From assembly GCA_023231475.1 (NCBI GenBank), contig JALJEE010000060.1:1-64000 (forward strand): DNA of 64,000 nucleotides, in the 5' to 3' direction. Below, in pieces: positions 51,901-63,730 of this stretch. The notes below the pieces were generated by a model. It saw nothing but the letters and a program-made list of their open reading frames with translations, was not told the origin of the DNA and made no database searches. The translations under genes and the position numbers were made by a program. Each line of letters opens with the position of its first letter. Within the stretch, counting starts at the first letter, position 1. This DNA comes from Seison nebaliae. Lineage: Eukaryota.

Positions 51901-54340
51901 CGTAAATAAACTTTCTTCAAATGATCCAATTTGAAGACTTCGTTCGATGAAATTATATCTACCTCATTCAATTTTTTTGAGAAATTTAAACAATTTACAA
52001 AACCATCAAAATCTTCAATTTTTCCATCATTTTTCAAATATTCCTCATATTCTTCTTCAAAATTATCAATCACATAAGACAAATAATATTTTGAAGTATT
52101 ACAACAATCATTCAATAGACACCATAACTTTCCCATATCATTCCAATCGATTTGATTGAAAATGAATTTATTCAATAATTTGATATTCTCAATCGATTCA
52201 ATTCGATTGAAATTATCCGAATTATTCAAATATCTTAACATGATCCCATATAATTTTTCCAAATTCTTCTTCTTCTCACAAAAGTCAATGAAATATTTTA
52301 TCAATTCAAAATAGAATAATAAATTATCTGACGATTTATCTTGTTGTCGTAACCATGTAATCGTTTTATGGAATTGACTCATGAAATTTTTAATTTTCTC
52401 AAAATTTTCCATTCCATCATTTTTGAATAGATTCTTTCCCATTGTCTTTAGATAGTCTTTAAAAATTGAAATATTCTCACCAGAACATTTATAATTTTTG
52501 AAATATTGGAAGCAAAGAGATAGAAAATAAGAGAAAGAATGATCATCATAAATTCCATCAGAATTTCCAATAATCGATTTCATTTCATCGAATAATTTAT
52601 TTCGAATTGAATATTTTCGATTTACGAAATTCGACTCATTAAAGAAGGAGATGATTGATTTAGATGTGCGTAATAAATTCTCATTTAAATCAGCTTCTTT
52701 AAATGACGATTCAAAATTGAAATTTTTATAATTTTCATGAACGAATTCCAAATAATGATCGACATTTCCTGGTTGATAAAGGAGGATTTTATCGAACTCA
52801 CCAAACAGAATCGACAATTCTTCTTTCATCGATAAATTTAATCGTATAAGAAAATCGATAACGACCGATAAGAGAGTTGGATGGAAAGTGTGCATATATT
52901 GTGCATAAATTACCATTAAAATTTTTTCGACGAATTTCAATTTTTTTTTTCTCGTTCCATCATCGATCCAAGTCAAAGTACAAATCATGTTGAGGAATGT
53001 TCGAGTTAAAGTGGCGACGGTTCTTATATCGTCGATATTCCTTATTAATTTCTCCCAATTTTTCAAAAGATGAGAAAAATTCAATTTGAATTCTTCATCG
53101 TTTTCAGTTTTCTCTATAAAATTTGAACTAATTTTTTCTTCTGAAAATTTGATATTCGATCGTTGTTTCCTTATTAGATCGTTCAATAATTGGAAACATC
53201 TTATTTGACATTCGATGACCAGATGTTGAGGAAGAAGGAAATCTTTTGAATTATTTATTGATATTAATTGAATTAATAATTGAAGGAGATATTTGTCAAT
53301 TTCGATACTCTTCTTCAATTCCATTGGAAATTGTAATCGATTGACAATATGAAGAAAATTTAATTGACTTTGAAGGTAATTGATATAAGTCAAATAATTG
53401 AAATGTTTCCGGTTGATGATAAATATCATTTTCTCACAAATATTTCTAATCAATAAATTATTGATATCCTTCAATAAATGATCACCTTTAAAATCATAAA
53501 TTGGATAAGAAACATAATTATCGATAATTTTATATCGATTAATTTCAAGAAGAAGAATCGACGTTATATTTTGAATTATCGTCAATAAATTATATTGTGA
53601 TTCGTCATCATTTCTTTCTTCTAATTGTGATTCTTTCAATAATCGTCTCCATTTGGGTTGATGAAATATTTGGAGAAATTTCGAATAATTTCCACGTATC
53701 AAATCGATGATGGAGAAACCGTTTTGATGGAAAATATCGAAAATTTTTTTCGATGTCATCAACGACATCTCTTTCCGATATCCAGCTACAAACAAACTAT
53801 ATGATTGACATTGGAAGATGTAGAAGAAATGTTCATTCATCTCATTCTTTATGAATTCCATATCCACCTCAAAATGTTTACGATGATAATTTAATAATTG
53901 TAATTCTATTTGAAGAGCTTTCTCTCGTATACCATTTCTTTCATTTGAAGCACAACGACGGAAATAATTCATCCACTCATGAAAGAGAGTTTGGAAGGAT
54001 GTGGATGGATAACTTTCTAATTTTTCTTCGAAATAATCGAATAATTCATTCAAAGCCTTCAATTTTGTCGTTTCATCTTTCTTCAACAAATGACGGAATT
54101 GAATAAGTACATGCTCATCAATCGATAAATTAGAGTGTCGTTCAACATTCTCCATTCTCGTCGAACCAAATCCACCGAACGACAACTGATTATTTCTGTC
54201 ATCATTTCCATGAGATGTTTGTGAGAGAATGGCGGCACGACTACTACTTGCCGGCTGGAAGATGATTTATTATTGCTTTTTTTTTGTCGGAAGAAAATAT
54301 AAACTTTCAAATGACCTTTCACTCTCTGTTTAATAACCAT
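48962..54340 (-). CDS. LTN1: E3 ubiquitin ligase listerin, 4 exons
   Basis: MVIKQRVKGHLK|PASSSRAAILS..FGGFG, LLKKDETTKLKALNEL, DYP|EP (RWD), and a C-terminal RING CVICY..CEQCKNRQHSECV|AEWFVKNGSTTCPICR. Confidence 0.92.
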
Positions 54341-54565
54341 ATTTCACTCAAATAAATCCAATTTTCTTTCAAATTTTCAATTTTCATTCAATTTTTATAG
54401 TTCGTTTGAGTTAATGTTGCAAAATTTCAAGCTAATTTTTTTAAACTCAAAATTTAAAAACATTTAAATTAATTCATTAATTTCATTAAGAAGATTTCAC
54501 GATATTTACTTTAATCCTCCAAATCACTATTCAATGATTATCTTATTAATTGTGACATAATTAAA

Positions 54566-55249
54566 TTAATATTGAGAAATGGAACATTTAAGTCTGGCTG
54601 GTAATCGTTTATGGGATTCATCATTCTTATCAATATGAATTTCGAAAACTTCACAAAAACCTTTTCCTTCGTTCGCTGATTTCACTCGTTTATAAATCAT
54701 CGGATACGCCGGTGAATTATAAAGCTTATCCAGGTTTTTGAACCGTTTTTTTGTTTGTCTTTCGTTTAACCATTTGGAGAATGTATTAATCATCTTTATG
54801 GTTTTTATCGATTTCCATAACCTCCTTATTCGTTTAAGAGGACGCTAAAATGAAAAAATTTACGATTTCTTCTGTTGAAAAATTTTTTAAACTTTCTTCT
54901 TCGATAATGTTCTTTTTTCCTCTTCAACAACTTCCTCTACATCTTCACCAATTTGAGACGGAGTTTGAATTAAATGTTCTAAATTTTCCTCTTTCACTTC
55001 CATTTCTTCCATTAAATTATCAATGTGGATGGTAGAAACATCAGGTAAAGGATCTTGTTCCTCTTCCGTCAATTCATCTAAAGACTCGACTTCTTTTATC
55101 GCTTTTACTCGAACTTCAGTGATAACATTCGTAGTGGATGAAAGTACATTCGACTCTTTACTAAATGTGTCACCTCCTCCATTATCATCATTTTTTGACT
55201 GATTATTTTCATCATTTTTTATTACGTCTGATTCGTTTAAACTTTCCAT
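54566..55249 (-). CDS. Hypothetical 2-exon protein with acidic N-terminal half and basic C-terminal half
   Basis: ORF 54887-55249 splices (SKKK|GTTTAA..TTTAG|RPLKRIRRLWKS) in frame into ORF 54566-54793. Confidence 0.65.
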
Positions 55250-55417
55250 CTTTATATTTCTTTTTTATATAATCAGATTATTCGATTGTTCTTATTCTTA
55301 TAATAGCGCACGATTTTATAAAATTTCTTAAATGGAAAAAACTTCAAATATTTTAATTATATTTTTTAATTTTTTAAATTCCCCATGATATTGAGTATAT
55401 TCGATTGGCAAATGGAA

Positions 55418-57378
55418 TTAAACCAATTTTCCTTGACATTGATATCCGTAACATCCACCGAAAGGAAATTCGTTCGGTAAGATGACGGCTTGAGTTGTAA
55501 ATTCGTAAGTAGCATCTCTTGCTTCGGAAGGAAATGTGAGTTGAATGAAAAATGCTTTGAATCGTCCATTAGTAGGTGCCGTTTCGTTATAACTAAATGA
55601 GGTGGCATTCTAAATTAAAACTATAAATAAATTACACTAAAAAATTCCCAACATTTACTTTTAATGTTTTCTTATGATAAATGATTGGATGTAATATTTG
55701 TTCGCCCGGTTTCCCGAAAGGATCTTGTTGTAATAATCGAAAATCTCTCCTATCAATTAATATGATTTCTTGACAGACTAACAATATCAAACCTTCCATC
55801 ATCTTCAGTTAATGCTGAATATACTGTGATAGTGTCGGGAATACTTTCACATTGTACGTCTATTCTTCCACTTTTCTTATCTTCCGAATAATGAACATTC
55901 CAAGAGAATTTAGGTCGTTTTTCATTCTTCAATTATTATTGAAAAAATTATCAATTAAAAATTAAAATAATAATAAATAAATTTAACTTCCAAAATACTT
56001 TTGTAGAAAGCGTGGAGACTATAAAATAAGCTCATTCGATGTCCAATTAATTCATGTTCACAATTTGCAATAACTCTTTTAAGTTGTCATTTTTTTATGA
56101 TAATTTAATGAGCATTGAAGAATAAAAATTGTATATTCTAATAAATAGAACCTCGTATATTTTTCATATTTCGTAAAATTATTCCAATAATAATATGAGT
56201 CATCAGGTAGAAAGAATTCGTCGGAACTTGTTGAAATAACATAAATAGGAACGGAATATCGATCTCGATAAGCTTATTAAAATTTTATATTTTAAAATGT
56301 TAAAATGAAAATAACAATAAGGATCAATTAAATCCATCATTTTTTCCAATATTGGTGAATCCAAATATTGAGTAATGTTCAATTGCCAATATGGATTGAA
56401 AGCAAATGTCCATCCACCCAACGATCGATAATGATGATGGAGATTCTTTAAAAATTATCGATAATTACAAATTTCTATGGAAAAACAATTAAAAAAAAAA
56501 CTTTAGAGAAATTTAATTCGTCCATCACTATCGGTGCTATACCGATCACTCGTTTATCGACTGCAGCCGTCGTCCATGTAGTCCAACCTCGTTTCGATTC
56601 TCCACAAACAAAAAACTTATCGAGTTTTAAACGATAATCAATTTTTCCTGAAAAATCCGCCACCGTATCCATAGCTCGAACAGCAGCCTTAGTCATTGGG
56701 AATCTGATTAACCATTCAGGTTTACTTCCGTTCATTTCGATATATTTGTACCAAGTGAACGCTATAATCTCATCTTCTGATCTATGCATTTGTAATGGAT
56801 CATCCTATGGAAATTAAAATTTTAATAAATTCCAATATTTTTTTCAAAATTATATTCAACATTAAAAATGATACTTTGGTTGGGAACATTTCTTATGACA
56901 AAAGCCACACTACCAGTACTGAGTGCCATCATACTAATAAATTCATTAAATTTGTCATCCATTTTCGGAACGTAACTATCAAATATTCATAATCCATCAT
57001 AATTCTTAATGAAAAATGGAAATTTATAAACTTTGGATTATTTCCTCCTAAGCCAATGTACATGTAGGCAGTTGTAAAATTTTTAATTTCGTGTGGAATC
57101 GCTATGACCATATCATGGTACCAGATTGATCTCGAACTATCATTTTCTAATAAAATGAAATTTTAAAATTTTTTTATTTCTCAATTTAACAAAGAACCAG
57201 TCAACCATTTTTGTGAAGTCATATTAATGTGATAAGCAGTGAATCCGTCACCATCATATCTCCAAGAAGTGATGATATCGTAAGAATAATTTGGATCAAA
57301 TTTTTTAACGTAATCATCCAATTCATTGGAATGAATTGATGCAAAAAGAATAAAGAAAAATGAAAGAAAAGTTCTCAT
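55418..57378 (-). CDS. PqaA (PhoPQ-activated pathogenicity-related)/AprA-like secreted alpha/beta-hydrolase-fold protein, 10 exons
   Basis: Signal peptide MRTFLSFFFILFASIHS, LDDYV..D, INMTSQKWL, IWYHDMVIAIP, VPNQ, RSEDEIIAFTW, RFPMTKAAVRAMD, GESKRGWTTW, HHYRSLGGWTFAF, DEFFLPDD, NCEH, C-terminal CYGYQCQGKLV. Confidence 0.88.
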
Positions 57379-57625
57379 CTTTAAAATTTGTATGACAAAT
57401 GAAAATGAAAAGATTTCCAAAAATAATATACTTCCGATATAATTAATGTAAACAAATTATTAGAGATTATTTTTTTCGTTCATAAAGAAAGTTATCTTAT
57501 TTAACAAAATTTTTGAAGGTCAACGAAAGAGATTATTGAAATTGTGATGATATTCATTTTCAATCTGTTTAGATATTTCCGTCTCCTAATCAATCTTTTT
57601 CTAATATGATGCTCGTTCTTTCACC

Positions 57626-58337
57626 TCATCTTTTCATTGGAATCGCATATTTCTCTGACCATTCTCTCGCTGCAAATAAATGAGATTGTGAAATGAATTA
57701 ACAATTCCCAACCAGTTCTCAACGCTTTCTCCTGATTATTCTTCCATTCATTAGCAATTTGAACATCTAACGGATCATCAGCATTCGGTGCACTCATCAA
57801 TGCTTGTATAGCTAATAAAACTGTTCGGATCTGTAGAGCTGGTGTCCATTTATCTAAATAAATTTTAAAATATATTTAAATTCAAAATTAAATAAATTCA
57901 AAAATATTATTATTAGATCGTTCAAGGAAAATTTTGATAAATTGAAAAAAAAAAACCTTTAAGAATGTCGAGACATATTCGACCCAATTTGTCAATATTA
58001 GGATGATAAATTTTAGTAAGGAATCGAACTTTTGGTGGATCCATCGGATATCTTTCTGGAACGAATAATTCTAGTTCGAATTTCCTTTCTTCATATGGAG
58101 TCTATTGAAAATAATGAATTTAATAAGAGAAATGAATAAGGAAATGAGTAACTTGCATGGGTCCGTCTAAAACACATTTAAAGTGTCTCGCATTCTCTTC
58201 TGAAGGGACAGCGACTATACCTTCGATTGGTTCACTCATTAATCTCTGTGTTTCCTAAACATTTCAATTGAATTGAATATGATATTATTGTATTTCGTAC
58301 AAACCCGTACAATTCTCATTCCTAAACCATTTGCCAT
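57626..58337 (-). CDS. UBE2N: Ubiquitin-conjugating enzyme E2 N (Ubc13), 5 exons; absent from the ORF track
   Basis: Spliced reading: [92 protein letters not shown]. Confidence 0.95.
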
Positions 58338-58607
58338 TTTCTTCTATTCGAATGATCGATCGACGAAAAGTAAAACTAATTTGAATAACAATTATGTTTA
58401 GTGTTAAAATTTCCAACGACAACGAAATTCGTGAGAAATAAATAAATTTTTATTCCAAAATATTTTAACGAATTTTTATCTGATATTCTAATTCTATAAA
58501 AATTTATTGAAAATATTATTTTTTAATTGAAATAATTGGCATCAATCTCTTTTATTTCTTTTAATTCGATTTACGTAAATTTTTCAAATTTTTTTTCAAA
58601 AAAACCA

Positions 58608-61600
58608 TCATATTGGAAAATGTTTCTTATGTAACGGTGCCAATCGGATAATTGGTGCTTGCTCCAATTTATGTCGTTGCGCTTCGATGTTTTGAATTCG
58701 AACATATCCTTTCCCTTCATAATAATCGTCGTCAATGAAACCGATTTCGAATGTCATGTTTGTCGTTAAATGTTTCGTTCTTTGTAGATACGTTCTAGTT
58801 GTGTGTTGTATTTGTTGAAATTTCGTCAATTTTTCCGGCTCTATCATCATTGTGGATCGAGGAGCTTTCGCTTTATGTTTCTCGTAAAGATAGTCGATAT
58901 ATTTCTGATCATGTGAGACAGATCTCTGTTTTGTGGCTTTGGAGTCTTTTGTATTTGAGAAGGTTGAAAATCGATTAGTCGTTTCAGATAGCATAGTAGC
59001 TGACATTGATGTAGCCATCGTGACAACTTGTGATGCAGAAAAACCTTCTTGTGCTAATTGACCGTCCGTGTGCACATAATCTTCTAATGATGAATAAGCA
59101 TCATTTCCTTGATGGATGACACTTTCGAATAAATTTATTAGACTTCCACTTCCCAAAACATTATCACATCGTCCCCATTGATTGAGATTTGTAAAATTAA
59201 TATTCTCATCAGGATTGGGAACGGTATTCGGTCGAATTCTTTCGCGACTTGTCGGAGCGACCTAAAAATGAAATTTATTTTTTAAAAAAAAATCATTGAA
59301 TTTTAAACTAGAATTAATATGGAAGCACATTTCTCTGATTCAAAAAATGATTTGAGAATATATTCCATTTGCTCCGTCGTCGTATAACGGACTTCTTCCA
59401 ATTCTAATTCATTTCGATCGAAAATTTGATTCTTATGAACAATCTCTTGCCAATGATTGTTCACTTGGTCAGTGAGTACTTTATTCAAATTCAATTTCTG
59501 TGCGAATAATTGTTGAATCTTTCGTTAAACAAATTATGCATTAATTCTCCTTAATAATAGTGACTTCAGAAAAATATTAACAGATAAAGTAAAGATTTGT
59601 CTCACTTTACCAAACAGGATGTCATTCCGTAAAGATGAAATCGTTTCATCTACCGCTTTCCCCACACCACTTAATCTGAATAAAAATAAAAATTTTTCAA
59701 CAATTTTTAAAAAATTATTTAAATAGAAATAGAAGAAATCGAACAATGTCGGACTGTCTTTATAGATGATGGTAATGGAGAAATGAATACGACCAGCATG
59801 TACAAATATACCGATGTTCATTGTTTGAATAACTAGTTGGAACTTCTTCACTAAATTATCCATCAACGGTTTCCTCATTAGCAGTCGAAGAATTTGGAGA
59901 GCCACAAAATTTTTAATTAATAATCCTCCAATTTGGAAAATTCGATGATAAACCGAATAACAGGAATCTTCATTTGGATTATTAACTCTGATATAATGTG
60001 TGGAACGTTTAGGTATTAGAAAATTTCTCTCCTAATTTTGAAAAGTTTCATAAAACTAAATAAAAATTAAGTGGAACGGGACGTAATCTATTCGAAGGTA
60101 TTGGTGTCCTTTCGAATTCTATTAGGAGGAATTGTAGCAATCTTAATGCTTGCATTGGCAGAATATTTCCTTCAAATAGAACATCCACATAGAATTGAGA
60201 GAGGAAGTCACACATAAAATTGGTGAAAATGTCGAGATTGGCTAAAGGAAGAAATCGTTTTCTTTCAGATAACGGCCAATAGTCGTTTAATAAAACTACG
60301 CATTCCAAATCACTGATAAAAAAAAATAAAAAATTAAGAAAATTATTTGAATAATAAAAAAAATGAATGAATTTTAACCATATCATCAGTTGATAATTCT
60401 GATAACCTTTTTGATATAATTCACTCAGGAGATTCGCTCCATATTCATATTCCTCATACGTAGCAGTGAAGTTAGCTAACTCGGATATGATTTTAAAATA
60501 TAAAACCTAAAAATAATGAGAAAAATTATATAGGAATTTAAAAAATTTTAAAACCGGTAGACTGTCGTTGAAACCACTAAATGTCAGTAAGAGACCAGAT
60601 CGTCTTTGGAGAATTTTACAATGGAGATTACTTGATTGTGCTTGTTGAATGTGTGGTCGAATTCTCTTTCGGAAGATTAGAAAGAAAAGTTCGAACATAC
60701 AAAAACTAAATAGGATATTTTTAGTTCGTCTCTTAAAAAACGAAAATAAACTTCAATGGAGAATCGTAGACAATAGGATGTTGAAAATGAAAACAATAGA
60801 CAGCTTAAATTGAGATGTGAGAAAATTTTAAGTAATTTTAATGAGTGAACCTTTCGGTACTTTATATATACTGTCCTTCACATAATAAGCACGATATCCA
60901 GTTCCTTCTTTTAAGATCACAGGAATGGTACTAGTTTCCACATTCTTCTCATAAATGAAAAAATTGCCCGCTGTATATAATGACTCACCCGGTGGCGAGA
61001 AATCAGGTCTCCGTCCAACGCCTTCCTTATAATCTTGATAAGAATACAAAAATTTCTTTAAAAAAAAATTGAACGAGTCCAAAATTTCCTCCATCTCACC
61101 GGAATATCTGATAATGTTTGTTTATTCTCGAACACTGGTTCCACATCTTCACACGTTCCATCATAATTATATGATTGGAGAGTTACATGAAAAGTATCGG
61201 AAGCCATATGGGCGAGAATGTCGACGATTAAATCTTCGTTACATTCAAATACTAATTGATCACCATCGACGACATTTTGTGTTGGATAACTTTGCATGGA
61301 AATTGCCAAACGTCGAACTTGTTGCAATGGTGTTTCCTTTAAGAAAAATTTCAATTATGAAAATAAATAAAGAATTAACACTTTCCGGAAATCGAAATCG
61401 AGTATCTCTTCTTCGCTTTATTCCTGAAAAAAACGGTTCCAATTCCTCTCTATGATCGGTCAGTGTTTGTAAATACAAAAGTATTGCACCTATCACTTTT
61501 GCCACATTTAATGTGCCTTGGTCGGTGAGTGTTAGAGACACGGAAATAAAACTACTAAGATCATTAGCTAATTGATCTTTAAAATCGATTTCCACACTCA

Positions 61601-63074
61601 TATCACTGATGTAATTGGAAGTATGTAAATAAGACGACAATCCTTTATCGTGTTGACTCTCCAACAAATCCTTCACATGAAGTAACGGTTTACTTTTCCA
61701 ATAACCGTTTAAGTTTGGGAGAGCCCATGTTAATGTTAATCGATTAATCTTACTATGTGGAATAACTGCTAAGATGTTAGCTCGTTAAATATATCGAGAT
61801 AGAACTTCTATGAAAAGTATTGAAATCTTTTTGTTTGAATTCGTGTTCTAATTCGTTATCTGTCGTTCCTTTCATATTATATTTCAACATACAAAAAGTA
61901 TCCTCTACCCAAGTTTGCATAAGATCGAGTGAATCATAACCGAAAACAGTTAGTGTAATATTTAGAGATGTATAATACTGTTGAAACCATTGATTAAGAA
62001 CCATTCTTAGTTGGCTTAATTGCTTTTTTGAATTTAAGGAATCCGTCGAACCTTTAATAATTTTTTCATTTTTAATTAATCCCAAAAACAATTTACTAAC
62101 CGTAAAAGAATCGTTTGAGAACACAACTCCTATGTGCTAGTTGTAGAATACTATGTTGCAAGGCAATATCATCCGAAGTTTTCGCAGTTTCATACTCCTG
62201 ATCCAAAACATTCAATTGTTCTAATAGTCCATCCAAAGTGAATAACGGACTGACAAATAAATGCGCAAAGACGTCAAGAGCTTCGAATAAATGATCGTGA
62301 TCGATATTGAATTCGAAAATTGTCTTGTCAAATTGAGTTTGAGCTTGAATCTTTCCATTATAGATGTTTATTAAGGTTTCCATCGAATGGGGTTTAGGAT
62401 ATTTTTTTGAACCCAAAAATATCACTAAACAAAAATTTAATTTATTTCTATATTAATATGTTAACTGTGTTCCACCAAATGAGCCATTCCAGGATATTCA
62501 TTCGGATTATTCGAATGACCCGCATGGACAACTGCACAACAAGCAGCTTTTAATTCTCGAGATTCGAAATTCTCCATCGGCAAAGCTGAATCAGTATTAT
62601 GGGCAGCAAACTCTTCCTGTTGGTAAGATGACAGAGAAGTACCATAAGAAACTGTAGAATCTTTTAGGGATTTATAATCCATTTGATAAGTTTTATCATA
62701 ATCATTCGTATCAGAATCATCATCACTTCCTGAATTATCGTCATCATCTATTTTCCCTAAACCTAAAACATTCTGTTCAGTTGGTTTATGTATCAATAAA
62801 GCTCGAAGACCATTTCTTAATTGAATATAACTATAAAATAAATAATATTTAATTTCGAAAAAATTTTCAATAATTCTTACCGATACAATAGAGTATCATT
62901 CTCTGATTGGTTAATTATGTTATAGCCTTTCGATATATTAGGCCTCTCTCGACATTTATCTTCTTCTGAGGATCCTAAGATTATACTTGCTCCTTCAATT
63001 ATTGTGTCTTCATAATGGGGAGCTTTTTCGAAAACCGTTGTACTCACTCCAGCTCTAAGTTTCGTGAAATCCAT
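58608..63074 (-). CDS. M16A insulinase-family metallopeptidase, nardilysin-like, about 15 exons
   Basis: YR|YIQLRNGLRALLI, then an acidic insertion, then AACCAVVHAG..PGMAHLVEH|MIFLGSKKYP (HxxEH), ALDVFAHLFVSPLF, VLDQEY, FSGFNDSLP, HWQEIVHKNQIFDR. Confidence 0.85.
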
Positions 63075-63373
63075 TTTCTTCTGAGCTAATAAAAATTGAT
63101 TTTAATCTATCGAATATAGGATAATCGTTATTTCCGTTATTGAGCAGTTAAAAGACAAAATAAAATAATAATGCTTTTAAACCATTATTATTTTTTCATG
63201 ATTTCAGTAAATTAGAAGCGATTGAAAGTTTAGCTACTCAAATTTTGAGTTAATGTTTAATGTGTTTAGATTGTTTTTTTTCTACGAATGCTTTTGTTTT
63301 TTTGATATGGTTTATGTTTTTCCTGAAACTGAGATGAAAATTGTGAGATTCAAAATGAATGAATGTCATTATA

Positions 63374-63620
63374 ATGAAGAATAGACGAAAATCTACTTAC
63401 ATTGAAATCTTTCACATGTCGTGAAGTTTAGATTTAATCAATTATCGATCACAACCGATTTCGAAATCGGTGTTATATCTGGTTTTCAAGAAACATTTCC
63501 ATTATCCATATTTCATGCTTTGACGGGAATTTCTGAAGCTTGGACTCGTCGACAAGCACTTATTATGTGCGAAGGCATTATATTTAAGTTTCGTGAACGA
63601 AAATTTTATGACCAACGTTT
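63374..63620 (+). mobile_element. Degenerate Mutator-like (MULE) transposase fragment
   Basis: Three consecutive segments in shifting frames: MKNRRKSTYIEIF, ITTDFEIGVISGFQETFP and KLGLVDK..KALYLSFV. They follow the order of MULE DDE-domain motifs (K..TY..F, TDFE.A..NA...VFP, LGL..L.FLP). Confidence 0.6.
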
Positions 63621-63730
63621 TTCTTACAAACTTGCAAACATATAACTAGTTTGCTATTTTCAGAACTGAAAAGTTTTCTTGACACATTTTTTTCATTTCT
63701 TTTTGTTTGCTAATTCATATTCTGATTACA

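Noticed and set aside
55366..55608. 80 aa ORF MPPHLVITK
   Set aside because: Wrong frame of the last PqaA-like exon; the correct frame ends CQGKLV at 55418.
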